Counted from the stretch's first letter, positions 1 through 7,657 are shown. The stretch is 20,000 nucleotides of DNA from an uncultured virus (IMG/VR IMGVR_UViG_3300046507_000471) (IMGVR_UViG_3300046507_000471), one strand, 5' to 3'. Notes: a model not told the origin generated them from the sequence alone. Program-made: numbers and translations.

Positions 1-1101
1 CTATCAAGCATCGATGTAGAATCGCAAATTAATGCGCTTAAGGCTGAGATCAAAGAAACTAAGTCTCCGTCTAAGAGAGACGCAATTGTTAAAAAAATCA
101 AGTACTTAGCTGGGCTAAAAAAAGTGGGCTTGAACCCTGAGTCAGCTTATGTGCTTCACAATATTCCAGTAACACCTCCATTAGTTCGTCCTAGTATTCC
201 TATGGGTGGTAATCGTATTGAGTTCGCTGATGTGAATACTCTTTACCGTGACCATATGACCATCAACAATTCTCTAAAGGATATCAAGGATGACCTTACT
301 CATGATCAATTGGTTAATGAACGCAAAGATGCTTATAATGGCGTCAAAGCTATTTTCGGTCTCGGTGATGCCGTATCTGGGAGCGCACGAGGAAAGGAAC
401 TAAAAGGTTACATCCAGCAAATCTCTGGAGATACTGGGCCTAAAGGCGGATTCTTCCACAACAAACTTCTTAAGAAGAAACAAGACTTCTCAGGTAGAGC
501 AACTATTTATGCAGAGCCTAATCTTGGCTTCAACGAAGTTGCTGCACCAAAGGATATGCTGTGGACAATGTATGAGTTCCACATCATTCGTGACTTGGTT
601 CGTAACGGCTATGATTTGATTGCTGCCAGAAAAGCTGTAGAAAATAGGGATGTAGCTGCAACGAACAGCTTTAACAAGATGATTAAGCAGGTTCCTGTTA
701 TTCTTAACCGGGCTCCTACTCTAATGAGAACCAACATTACGGCTCACTTCCCTGTGCCTATTGAGGGCAAGACACTTGGTATCAATCCTCTGCATCTTCC
801 TATGTATGCAGGTGACTTCGATGGCGATGCTTTAACGTTGCACGTACCGATGACCCCAGAAGCAGTTGAAGAAGCTAAACAAAAGCTTCTGCCACAACAA
901 CACATTTACGACTATCGTAAAGGCCAAGGCGCATCAATGGTAGCACCTGGCCACGAAGCCGTTATTGGTTCTATGGCAATTACTGAACCTGATACAACTC
1001 AAGCTCCTCGTGAATTCGCAACAGAAGAAGATGCTCTCGAAGCTCTACGCAAGGGCGAAATCAACGAGAACACTCCGCTAAAAATCACTAGCCACGGCTA
1101 A
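1..1101 (+). CDS. Phage multisubunit RNA polymerase beta' subunit, N-terminal (catalytic) half; 5'-truncated by the window edge
   Basis: The frame is open from base 1 (LSSIDVESQ...), so the ORF-track start at 124 is not the true start. RpoC motifs in order: IPVTPPLVRP, KGGFFHNKLLKKKQDFSGRATI (cf. [22 protein letters not shown]), VILNRAPTL, and catalytic YAGDFDGD at 805-828 followed by LHVPMTPEA. Confidence 0.96.
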   Translation, partial: LSSIDVESQINALKAEIKETKSPSKRDAIVKKIKYLAGLKKVGLNPESAYVLHNIPVTPPLVRPSIPMGGNRIEFADVNTLYRDHMTINNSLKDIKDDLTHDQLVNERKDAYNGVKAIFGLGDAVSGSARGKELKGYIQQISGDTGPKGGFFHNKLLKKKQDFSGRATIYAEPNLGFNEVAAPKDMLWTMYEFHIIRDLVRNGYDLIAARKAVENRDVAATNSFNKMIKQVPVILNRAPTLMRTNITAHFPVPIEGKTLGINPLHLPMYAGDFDGDALTLHVPMTPEAVEEAKQKLLPQQHIYDYRKGQGASMVAPGHEAVIGSMAITEPDTTQAPREFATEEDALEALRKGEINENTPLKITSHG

Positions 1102-1103
1102 TC

Positions 1104-1146
1104 AAAAAAGAGGAGAGACACCCGCAGGGTTGTCCGGTGCTCTCCT
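1104..1146 (-). terminator. Probable intrinsic terminator for the minus-strand gene 1203..1850, between convergent genes
   Basis: Inverted repeat AGGAGAG (1111-1117) / CTCTCCT (1140-1146) enclosing an inner ACCC/GGGT stem; the A6 run at 1104-1109 gives a U-tract on the minus strand. Confidence 0.6.
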
Positions 1147-1202
1147 AAACCTCCCGACCACGCCTACCTGGGGGATAAGCGCAGTCAGTCCTTGCGCTGT
1201 AC

Positions 1203-1850
1203 TTATCCTTCGATCAGTGTCTTCATTTCCTTGAACAGTTTCATGAACTGCTCCGGAGTCAACACAATTCCCTTCTCATCGATGTCGATGAAAATCCCGG
1301 TGATGAGACGTTTCTCTTCTACCTTGGGAGTCTCAGTCGCGACCGGAGCCGGATCCGACTTGGTTGCGTCGAGAATGGTTTTCGCAATCTTTCCGAACTG
1401 AGGATGACCTGCGTCAACCGTTGCAATGCCTTGAACGATATGAAGCTCTGGCGTACGCTTTTCCGGTTTGATTTCATCGATTCTTGGGAGAGAAGGTGCG
1501 TTTTCTGTGACGGGCAGGGGCTTGATCTTCTTCATGATCGCCTTCGGCTTGTACAGCTTATCGGTGACTCGCCAACGGAACTTCAAACGATCATCAGGGT
1601 CATGCATCGCACCCTTAATGTTCGAGTATGCGATGTATCCACCCTTGAAAAGGTCGTTTATTGCTTGATGCAAATTGTTTACAGAGTTACCGAGAGCTTT
1701 CAAAACATTGCGAATCTCGGACTGCTTGAGACCCGGCTCTGCCTCGATGACCAAATAAACAGCATGGGAAAAGTTCTTGGGTTGAACGAGCCACCCTTGA
1801 CCGTCATAGCTTGCTGTAGACTGTTTCGGGGCTGCAAAAAGCTGGTTCAT
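1203..1850 (-). CDS. Hypothetical protein, possible N-terminal winged-helix DNA-binding domain (215 aa)
   Basis: AAGGA SD-like sequence upstream. VYLVIEAEPGLKQSEIRNVL...NLHQAINDLFKGGYI resembles a MarR-type wHTH pattern. Has its own promoter-like motif and terminator. Confidence 0.6.
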   Translation of the reverse strand: MNQLFAAPKQSTASYDGQGWLVQPKNFSHAVYLVIEAEPGLKQSEIRNVLKALGNSVNNLHQAINDLFKGGYIAYSNIKGAMHDPDDRLKFRWRVTDKLYKPKAIMKKIKPLPVTENAPSLPRIDEIKPEKRTPELHIVQGIATVDAGHPQFGKIAKTILDATKSDPAPVATETPKVEEKRLITGIFIDIDEKGIVLTPEQFMKLFKEMKTLIEG

Positions 1851-1910
1851 GGTACTGGTCCTTACGAAGTAGAATTGTTTTTAGTAGAGATGAATTTCCT
1901 CTACATTATT

Positions 1911-1920
1911 CTTATACCAA
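1911..1920 (-). promoter_or_regulatory. Candidate promoter motif TTGGTATAAG (extended -10-like)
   Basis: The same 10-mer occurs at 7606-7615; both copies are intergenic and just upstream of minus-strand genes. Confidence 0.6.
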
Positions 1921-1942
1921 TTCGAAGGACCAATTGTGGATT

Positions 1943-3307
1943 TTAGAGATTTACTCGGTCAAGGTCCCCATCAGAAAACCCATTGTAAACTGGGAATCTG
2001 ATTTGACCACCTGGAACGCTAGGAGGATACGCTTTTACTTGAATTAGCTTCTCATTAAACATGGCTGGATTCTTCCAGGCTTGGATTCTAGTGTCTCTAT
2101 CAAACCCAGTTCCAACCTTTCCTACCATACGTCCTGAGGCATCAGCCAAAATCAATGCACCCATACTATCTTTTGGGTTGCCCTTGATGTCGATTTCTTG
2201 TTGCTGGCCAATAACCTTCAGATTATACGTTACGTAGTTCTTTACTTTGTATCGTACTGATTCTGTCTCAGGCTTAGCGTAGTCCGCAACTATTAAGCCT
2301 TCGCCTTTCTGGCTCTTGATAGTATCTAGGTATTTGTTGATCGCATCTACCCCGTACTCTAAGTGAGGTGCAAACATCAAATCAGAATTTCCGTAGTCCT
2401 TTTCGAACTTTTGAAGATACTCAACTTTATCTTTGTATGTTGCGAGATTCGGATTCTTAACGTCAATTAGCACAGCACGTACTGGGCCTTTCTCAGCTTG
2501 AGTTGCAATAGATCTCGGAGGTAGAGAATTAAGAATACCTGAAACTGTAGGGTGCGACTCGGTTTCAGACTTTGCAAGTCCGGTGTGTACAAGCTCTACC
2601 GCAAACTGGTTACCAACGTATTCTGGCATTGGTTTAGCCAGATGTGGAAGCTGTGCTGAACGCTCTGGGAATCCACCTTTTACACTTGGCCTACGTGAAT
2701 GGTAAGTTAAAGAGCCATCAGGCTGTACGGTAAGCACAAAGTGGGCCCCGTCCCATTTCTTTGATGCAACTGGATGTTCGAGTGCTGTCCAATCGCCTTC
2801 TACGTATTTGTGTCTGACGTATGTGTCGATTGAAGCTTGCTTCTGAATTTGACTAAGGTACGGATTGATACCTTCTACAAACAACTGACTCCCCAAAGGA
2901 CCAATACCTCTGAAGGACTGAATCTCAGCACGAATTTCTTCAGGAGTATGATTATCTATCAGATTATTAATAGTCCCGTACTTCTCTCTCAGGTGTTTGG
3001 CCTGAGCAAGCATCGTAGTAGCTGTTGACTCATCGAAACGTCCGTAATGGCCTTGAACTAATGCATCACGTAGATTTTCCCAGCCTGCAGACTCAACAGC
3101 TTCCGGGGAATAAAACCCCTTCGAAGCCATGTGTTTAGCAGCTAAAGATGCGACTGAACGTTGAATAGGCCTAGAGAAAAGAGTGACGGCTGTCATCCAC
3201 TTGTACAGTTCTTTCTCATCACCTTTTGACAAGTCAAAGCCTAGACTTTCCGGACTTGCCGGTTCTTTAAGCTGAGCTGCCATTTTCTCTAGGTACTTGT
3301 TAGTCAT
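1943..3307 (-). CDS. Fusion: NKYLEKMA tag + HhH-GPD/glycosylase-like domain + ATP-dependent DNA ligase (454 aa)
   Basis: Ligase motifs: I KKWDG, III AVELV, IIIa VLIDV, IV EGLIV, V YKVK, OB-fold KVGTGFD, VI IRFPVY. The N-terminal ~150 aa (LGFDL..ELYKW..GHYGRFDESTA..FRGIGP) match small bacterial HhH-superfamily proteins. QKQAS lies between the domains (2831-2845). Confidence 0.9.
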   Translation of the reverse strand: MTNKYLEKMAAQLKEPASPESLGFDLSKGDEKELYKWMTAVTLFSRPIQRSVASLAAKHMASKGFYSPEAVESAGWENLRDALVQGHYGRFDESTATTMLAQAKHLREKYGTINNLIDNHTPEEIRAEIQSFRGIGPLGSQLFVEGINPYLSQIQKQASIDTYVRHKYVEGDWTALEHPVASKKWDGAHFVLTVQPDGSLTYHSRRPSVKGGFPERSAQLPHLAKPMPEYVGNQFAVELVHTGLAKSETESHPTVSGILNSLPPRSIATQAEKGPVRAVLIDVKNPNLATYKDKVEYLQKFEKDYGNSDLMFAPHLEYGVDAINKYLDTIKSQKGEGLIVADYAKPETESVRYKVKNYVTYNLKVIGQQQEIDIKGNPKDSMGALILADASGRMVGKVGTGFDRDTRIQAWKNPAMFNEKLIQVKAYPPSVPGGQIRFPVYNGFSDGDLDRVNL

Positions 3308-5234
3308 TTTTCATTAGTCCTTTTACTTCATCAAACAGTTCTTCTTTAGTATCTGAATTCTCTGACAAATACTTATCAATCGAATACGGAGTCTTGCCCC
3401 ACATAGGCTTCGGATGTACGCTGTGGAAATGCTCGACTAGCACATTGCGCTCCGCTTCTGGCAGATGTTCGTGTGAACCAAATCGTACAGCACGCCCAAC
3501 TACCTGGTTGATTTTACTGGGGTTGAAGTGAGGTTCTAGCACTTGCACTCGCTTTGTCCCCTTGGAATCCAACCCCTCTGAACCTGAAGATGAAATCAGC
3601 AGAACCTTCTTCTTACCTGAGTTGTATTCTTTGACCAAGTGATCCTTCTCTGCTCTTGACAGTGACCCATCATAGATAGCATGGTCAATCTTGGCTTCTT
3701 TCAGTTTTCTAGAATAGTCTCGCAGGCCAGCATCGAGGTAGTTCGAATATACAAGTGCCTTGAAGTTCTTATCCTCTGCCATACCCTTCTGTAAGCTCTC
3801 TACGGCCTTCAGGATCTTAGGTGAGTACTCAGCCTTACCGTCTAACGTCAAGTGCCTGTGACCGTTAGAAACCTGTCTTACGCCAGCAGAGAATGAATTA
3901 AGACTTGCCATTTCTTTCTTGTCCATAGGCATATTGTGCCTCAATTTCATCCGTAATAGAAATGGTAATTTCCCTTCAGCAAACTTGTAATACTTCTGCT
4001 GTTCCTTAGACATTTCCACTTCTACTATCTTTTCAGTCTTCTTCGGGAAGTGCTTTGCAGCTGCAGGGTCATCCTGACTGTCATAGAAACTTACGTATTG
4101 ATTGAGAATTTCCTTAAGCTCTTTCCTACGGTCGAGTCTACGCACTGCTTCAGGCTTGGCTCCAAGAAGTCTATCTTTGAAACCTGGCTTAATGATTTCT
4201 TCTTTCGTGTAACGATCTTCCATCTTCTTGGCTTCTTCCGGAAGAACATTATCATTTGCAGCAATGTTTACAAGAGCTGATATATCAGAGAGCTTATTGT
4301 AATTGCCAGTAGCAGTTGCAAGTAAACGACGATCAGCACCGCTGATAATGTCTCGGAGTTCTCTAGTACGTTTAGTGTTCGTGTTACGGAGCCTGTGAGC
4401 TTCGTCAGCAACTGCGATGGAGTAATCATTTTTACGTAGTTTGTGTGCATCGTTAACAGCTTTTTCGTAGGACATTACATCCAGTCGATTTCTGTCCAAG
4501 TTAATCTTGTGCTTCTTAAGTTCTTTATCAACGTTCGTGACGAGACTGGCAGGAGCAATGACCAGCGCCCTCTTTTTAGGGTACTGTTCTTGATACTTCT
4601 GTACTGCCTTAAGAAACGTCTTTGTCTTGCCGCTGCCAAGGCTGTGATGAAGGACAACGCCTTTTTCTTTATCCAAATGGTCAAGAGCGTCAATTTGGTG
4701 AGGCTGTAGGTCACTTTTCTGTTCCTGTTTCTTCTTGGCAATCTTTTCTAGATATACGTTACCACCAGCATAATCGTCAAGCGCCCAAGCCTTCTTTTCG
4801 AGAGAAGTCTTACGTGTGAGATATGGACTTTGACTCTTACCCATTCCGGTAATGTTTCGAAATATCCAAGAAGTAGGGGCATCTTTCGTAGGGGACTTCT
4901 TCAACAAAAACTTCTCACCGTCTTTGGTGAAGATTACCAGCATAGTCTCTGTGCTGTGTGGTGCTACAATCGCCTTACGAACCCAATCTAGATACGTAGT
5001 TCCAGCGCCATATTGGCCTTTTGGAATTACAACCTTTTTACTCAATGCGTATGCACGGTCATGGACCGGCTGTTCAAATACGCCAATGATTTCACCCGGC
5101 TTTGGCATATCTTTAAGCGTTGCAAAAGAATAAGCTTTGTCTCCATGAACAAGTCTTAGATCGTAGTGAGTGCCCATTACGTCGGCTTCGTGCCGCTGAC
5201 GGGTGAAGAGGAATTCGTCGTTTGGTTGTAACAT
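3300..5234 (-). CDS. Fusion: LigD-type 3'-phosphoesterase (PE) domain + SNF2-family (D6/D11-like) helicase/ATPase (644 aa)
   Basis: PE signature QRHEA..THYDLRL..SFA..PVHDRAY..IPKGQYGAGT. SF2 motifs LQPHQ, HSLGSGKT, VIAPASL, DEAHRLRN, ATAT, LVYS, SGSEGLD, QVVGRAVRFGSH. The linker contains NVYLEKIA. Confidence 0.92.
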   Translation of the reverse strand: MLQPNDEFLFTRQRHEADVMGTHYDLRLVHGDKAYSFATLKDMPKPGEIIGVFEQPVHDRAYALSKKVVIPKGQYGAGTTYLDWVRKAIVAPHSTETMLVIFTKDGEKFLLKKSPTKDAPTSWIFRNITGMGKSQSPYLTRKTSLEKKAWALDDYAGGNVYLEKIAKKKQEQKSDLQPHQIDALDHLDKEKGVVLHHSLGSGKTKTFLKAVQKYQEQYPKKRALVIAPASLVTNVDKELKKHKINLDRNRLDVMSYEKAVNDAHKLRKNDYSIAVADEAHRLRNTNTKRTRELRDIISGADRRLLATATGNYNKLSDISALVNIAANDNVLPEEAKKMEDRYTKEEIIKPGFKDRLLGAKPEAVRRLDRRKELKEILNQYVSFYDSQDDPAAAKHFPKKTEKIVEVEMSKEQQKYYKFAEGKLPFLLRMKLRHNMPMDKKEMASLNSFSAGVRQVSNGHRHLTLDGKAEYSPKILKAVESLQKGMAEDKNFKALVYSNYLDAGLRDYSRKLKEAKIDHAIYDGSLSRAEKDHLVKEYNSGKKKVLLISSSGSEGLDSKGTKRVQVLEPHFNPSKINQVVGRAVRFGSHEHLPEAERNVLVEHFHSVHPKPMWGKTPYSIDKYLSENSDTKEELFDEVKGLMKND

Positions 5235-5260
5235 TCTTGTAGTGACGCCTTTGAAAAGCT

Positions 5261-5296
5261 AAAAAAAGCCTAGACACATTATAACATGTCTAAGCT
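5261..5296 (-). terminator. Intrinsic terminator downstream of 5307..6446, with TGTTATAAT in its loop region
   Basis: Minus-strand RNA AGCUUAGACAUG-UUAUAA-UGUGUCUAGGCU followed by a U run, starting about 10 nt after the stop codon. Confidence 0.75.
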
Positions 5297-5306
5297 ATTT
5301 TAAAAC

Positions 5307-6446
5307 TTAAGCCGTAAGTCTCTGGTACGTCTCTTGGATTTTGCTTTTAATAGTTTCTTCGGAAGAACTCAGCAAGAAGAACTCGAAGTCTTGCTTTGCA
5401 GAAATCTCTGCTTCGAATGCAGGTTTGAACGTCTTGAACGGGATAGTATCAGAGTCTAGTCCTGTCACTTCTTGAATCACAGCATCATTGTACTTAGCGC
5501 CGATGAGAGAATACTTTACACGATTCTCGCTCATTGTCGTGTATTCTCTATATGACCCAGGGTTCCAGCCTTCCCACAGTTTAAGTCTGTGTTTATTAGA
5601 AGTCACTGGTAGTGAAGTAGGAGTTGTGAGACTTTCCCAGTCAGCTGTTCTGAGAAACTCTACTGCTTGGCGGAACATGTCGCATCCAAAATAATCATCT
5701 GGACCCGTGTACTGTTTAGCCTCGTTCATGTGGAAATCAGAAAATGAAACGTATTTTCCTTTAAGGATCCACGTTACGATATCTCCGATATTTCTGAAGT
5801 TTGCGTAGGTGGCGTCGGAATACGCCCTATTACTCATCCCAAGCAATCTTACTGAACAGTCTCCTGAGGAAGATACAATAAACTCACTTGTGACTCCGTT
5901 TCCATTGTCCCCAGCATATTTGACACAAACGTCCTCGGAAAGATAAAAGCCCGATTCCTTAAGTACAATATTCAGAAGTTTATACAAACCTCCGTAACCG
6001 AAAAATAAAATCTGAGCTTGGGCATCTAAGTATCCGCCTGCTCTACTATTTGTAGCATGCCTGCCATCAGTTACGTGCCATAACGTTACCTTAACCCCAT
6101 CGAACATAAAGGTAGTATAGTTTTGAGTTTTCTCGTTACGCTCAGAATTTTGTGCTCCTATATGTACGAGAAACGCATTGATAACATCTTCGTTATTGCT
6201 ACGGTTATATGAGTAGTTATCCATTGTCATTTCTATGGATTCTACATAAGCTTGCTCGTTAGGCTTATAATACGATTTAAGTTCACGAACATTTCCACTT
6301 AACTTGACTTGGGTCAAACAGTCTCGAAAAGCTCTGGCAAGACGGGTCTTGATTTGTCTGCGTTCGTCGTAAGTCTTAGGGATTTGCGTCCAGTATTCGT
6401 CAGATGCAGAACTTACTGGTGTTACAGTTGAAGAAAGATTAACCAT
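5307..6446 (-). CDS. Hypothetical protein, possibly a divergent phage Pol-beta/PolX-like nucleotidyltransferase-family member (379 aa)
   Basis: Long ORF followed by a terminator. Segments YGGLYKLLNIVLKESGF, FRNIGDIVTWILKGKY and KYNDAVIQEVTGL recall a phage nucleotidyltransferase-like family from memory; no GDxD motif is visible. Confidence 0.45.
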   Translation of the reverse strand: MVNLSSTVTPVSSASDEYWTQIPKTYDERRQIKTRLARAFRDCLTQVKLSGNVRELKSYYKPNEQAYVESIEMTMDNYSYNRSNNEDVINAFLVHIGAQNSERNEKTQNYTTFMFDGVKVTLWHVTDGRHATNSRAGGYLDAQAQILFFGYGGLYKLLNIVLKESGFYLSEDVCVKYAGDNGNGVTSEFIVSSSGDCSVRLLGMSNRAYSDATYANFRNIGDIVTWILKGKYVSFSDFHMNEAKQYTGPDDYFGCDMFRQAVEFLRTADWESLTTPTSLPVTSNKHRLKLWEGWNPGSYREYTTMSENRVKYSLIGAKYNDAVIQEVTGLDSDTIPFKTFKPAFEAEISAKQDFEFFLLSSSEETIKSKIQETYQRLTA

Positions 6447-6872
6447 ATGAGTCTACTTATCAAAGATAATGAATTCCTTAGAGATTGGGCGAAGCTTGCC
6501 AATACGTCGATAGAATTCAAAGATGCAACGATGCTGCCAGGAACAGCTTGGATAGCTGGAATCCCAATCGACATTGCTATTTATAAAGGATACCTTGTAT
6601 TAAACGCTGTTGGAGAGTTTGGCGGAACTGCAAAAAGTCTTGCAAAGAGTAAAAATAAAGGTAAGGGGATATTTAAGTCTTTATACCAACACCTTCCAGT
6701 TTTACTGAAAAAGTACGGGCTGGGGGATCGTGTGTATCTGACCCCGCTCAGCCCTGCCTGGGAAAAGAACTACAAGCTATGTGAAGCTACAGAACCGGTG
6801 AAAGGACATTGGTATTTCTTGCACGTTGAGCAGCCGTGCGAGAAACCTTATAAAGGCTTTGTGCTGCTTTGA
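6447..6872 (+). CDS. Hypothetical protein, possible GNAT-like acetyltransferase (141 aa)
   Basis: KNKGKGIFKSLY resembles the GNAT acetyl-CoA-binding motif A, followed by a beta-strand VYLTP. Confidence 0.45.
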   Translation: MSLLIKDNEFLRDWAKLANTSIEFKDATMLPGTAWIAGIPIDIAIYKGYLVLNAVGEFGGTAKSLAKSKNKGKGIFKSLYQHLPVLLKKYGLGDRVYLTPLSPAWEKNYKLCEATEPVKGHWYFLHVEQPCEKPYKGFVLL

Positions 6873-7155
6873 CTTTGGCCGTGTGTTCGCTCAACAGACC
6901 TTGATCTGCGGGATGCGGACCCTTCATAGTGGAAAGAATGGGATGAACGTGAAGATCCCGCAAAAACGATTCGTGGACGATTACGATTTCGGCAATGCTT
7001 CCATGAGCGTTACCGGACTCTTGATAGAAGAGATTCTTGCGACGATCACGCTCTTGTTCTACCACATGTTCCTGCGTGGAATAAATGCATCCGTCATCGA
7101 CCCAACCTACGCCGGGAATGTACTCTTTCATGCAAACACGGTAAACTGCGTACAT
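6787..7155 (-). CDS. Hypothetical protein (122 aa), paralog of 7178..7450
   Basis: AGGGA upstream; N-terminus MYAVYRVCMKEYIPGVGWVDDGCIYS aligns without gaps with that of the neighbouring gene. Confidence 0.75.
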   Translation of the reverse strand: MYAVYRVCMKEYIPGVGWVDDGCIYSTQEHVVEQERDRRKNLFYQESGNAHGSIAEIVIVHESFLRDLHVHPILSTMKGPHPADQGLLSEHTAKVKAAQSLYKVSRTAAQRARNTNVLSPVL

Positions 7156-7177
7156 AGCTTGTCCCTATGATGTGAAG

Positions 7178-7450
7178 TTACTTGCGGGTGAGGTCGCCAG
7201 CGTGCTTGCCGACAGGGGTCCAATACGGATCTTTATCTCCGAGTTCCAAAAACTCTTGAAATTCAGGGGTGATTTCGACAAGAACTACGTCGCTGGAAGG
7301 GAACGAGTACTCTTCGTACTCTTTTGCTGCATCGATCTCTTTCAGTCTCACTTGAAGCTTTTCTTTCGACAGACTATAGATATAGCCATCCGGACGCTGA
7401 CCCCATCCAGCTTCAGACTCTGTCATTTCAACTCTGTATGCTGCCAACAT
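7178..7450 (-). CDS. Hypothetical small phage protein (90 aa)
   Basis: Strong SD GGAGGAG upstream; N-terminus MLAAYRVEMTESEAGWGQRPDGYIYS. Confidence 0.8.
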   Translation of the reverse strand: MLAAYRVEMTESEAGWGQRPDGYIYSLSKEKLQVRLKEIDAAKEYEEYSFPSSDVVLVEITPEFQEFLELGDKDPYWTPVGKHAGDLTRK

Positions 7451-7565
7451 TTTTCAGCTCCTCCATGTGATCTTCAGCTTCTTTAAAGGAAGTGAAAGGT
7501 TTGGGAAGACGCTTCCCGCGTTTGTACACAAAAAAGTTTCCAAACTCATAATCCACTTTGTACAT
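7428..7565 (-). CDS. Small hypothetical protein, 45 aa (MYKVDYEFGNFFVYKRGKRLPKPFTSFKEAEDHMEELKNVGSIQS); not in ORF track
   Basis: AGGAG SD at 7572-7576, 6 nt before the ATG; lies directly downstream of the TTGGTATAAG motif; overlaps the start of the next gene. Confidence 0.7.
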   Translation of the reverse strand: MYKVDYEFGNFFVYKRGKRLPKPFTSFKEAEDHMEELKNVGSIQS

Positions 7566-7605
7566 GCTCGGCTCCTAAAAGTACAGAACTGTGTTCCATA
7601 CTTTA

Positions 7606-7632
7606 CTTATACCAAGGTTATAGCTAAAATAG
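7606..7632. promoter_or_regulatory. Divergent promoter region: TTGGTATAAG (minus, 7606-7615) and TAAAATAG (plus, 7625-7632)
   Basis: Both motifs recur upstream of other genes in the window and here sit back to back between divergent genes. Confidence 0.55.
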
Positions 7633-7657
7633 GAATTGAATTTTAACCTCTAAATCC

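Noticed and set aside
1192..1946. Plus-strand ORFs 1192..1401, 1404..1946 and 1468..1668
   Set aside because: Antisense shadows of 1203..1850, which has the SD, promoter motif and terminator.
6826..7486. Plus-strand ORFs 6826..7170 and 7172..7486
   Set aside because: Antisense to two paralogous minus-strand genes that have good SD sequences.
1102..7657. Intron, intein or mobile element interrupting a single beta' gene
   Set aside because: Both halves have their own stop or start, and no splicing, homing-endonuclease, transposase or terminal-repeat signatures are visible.
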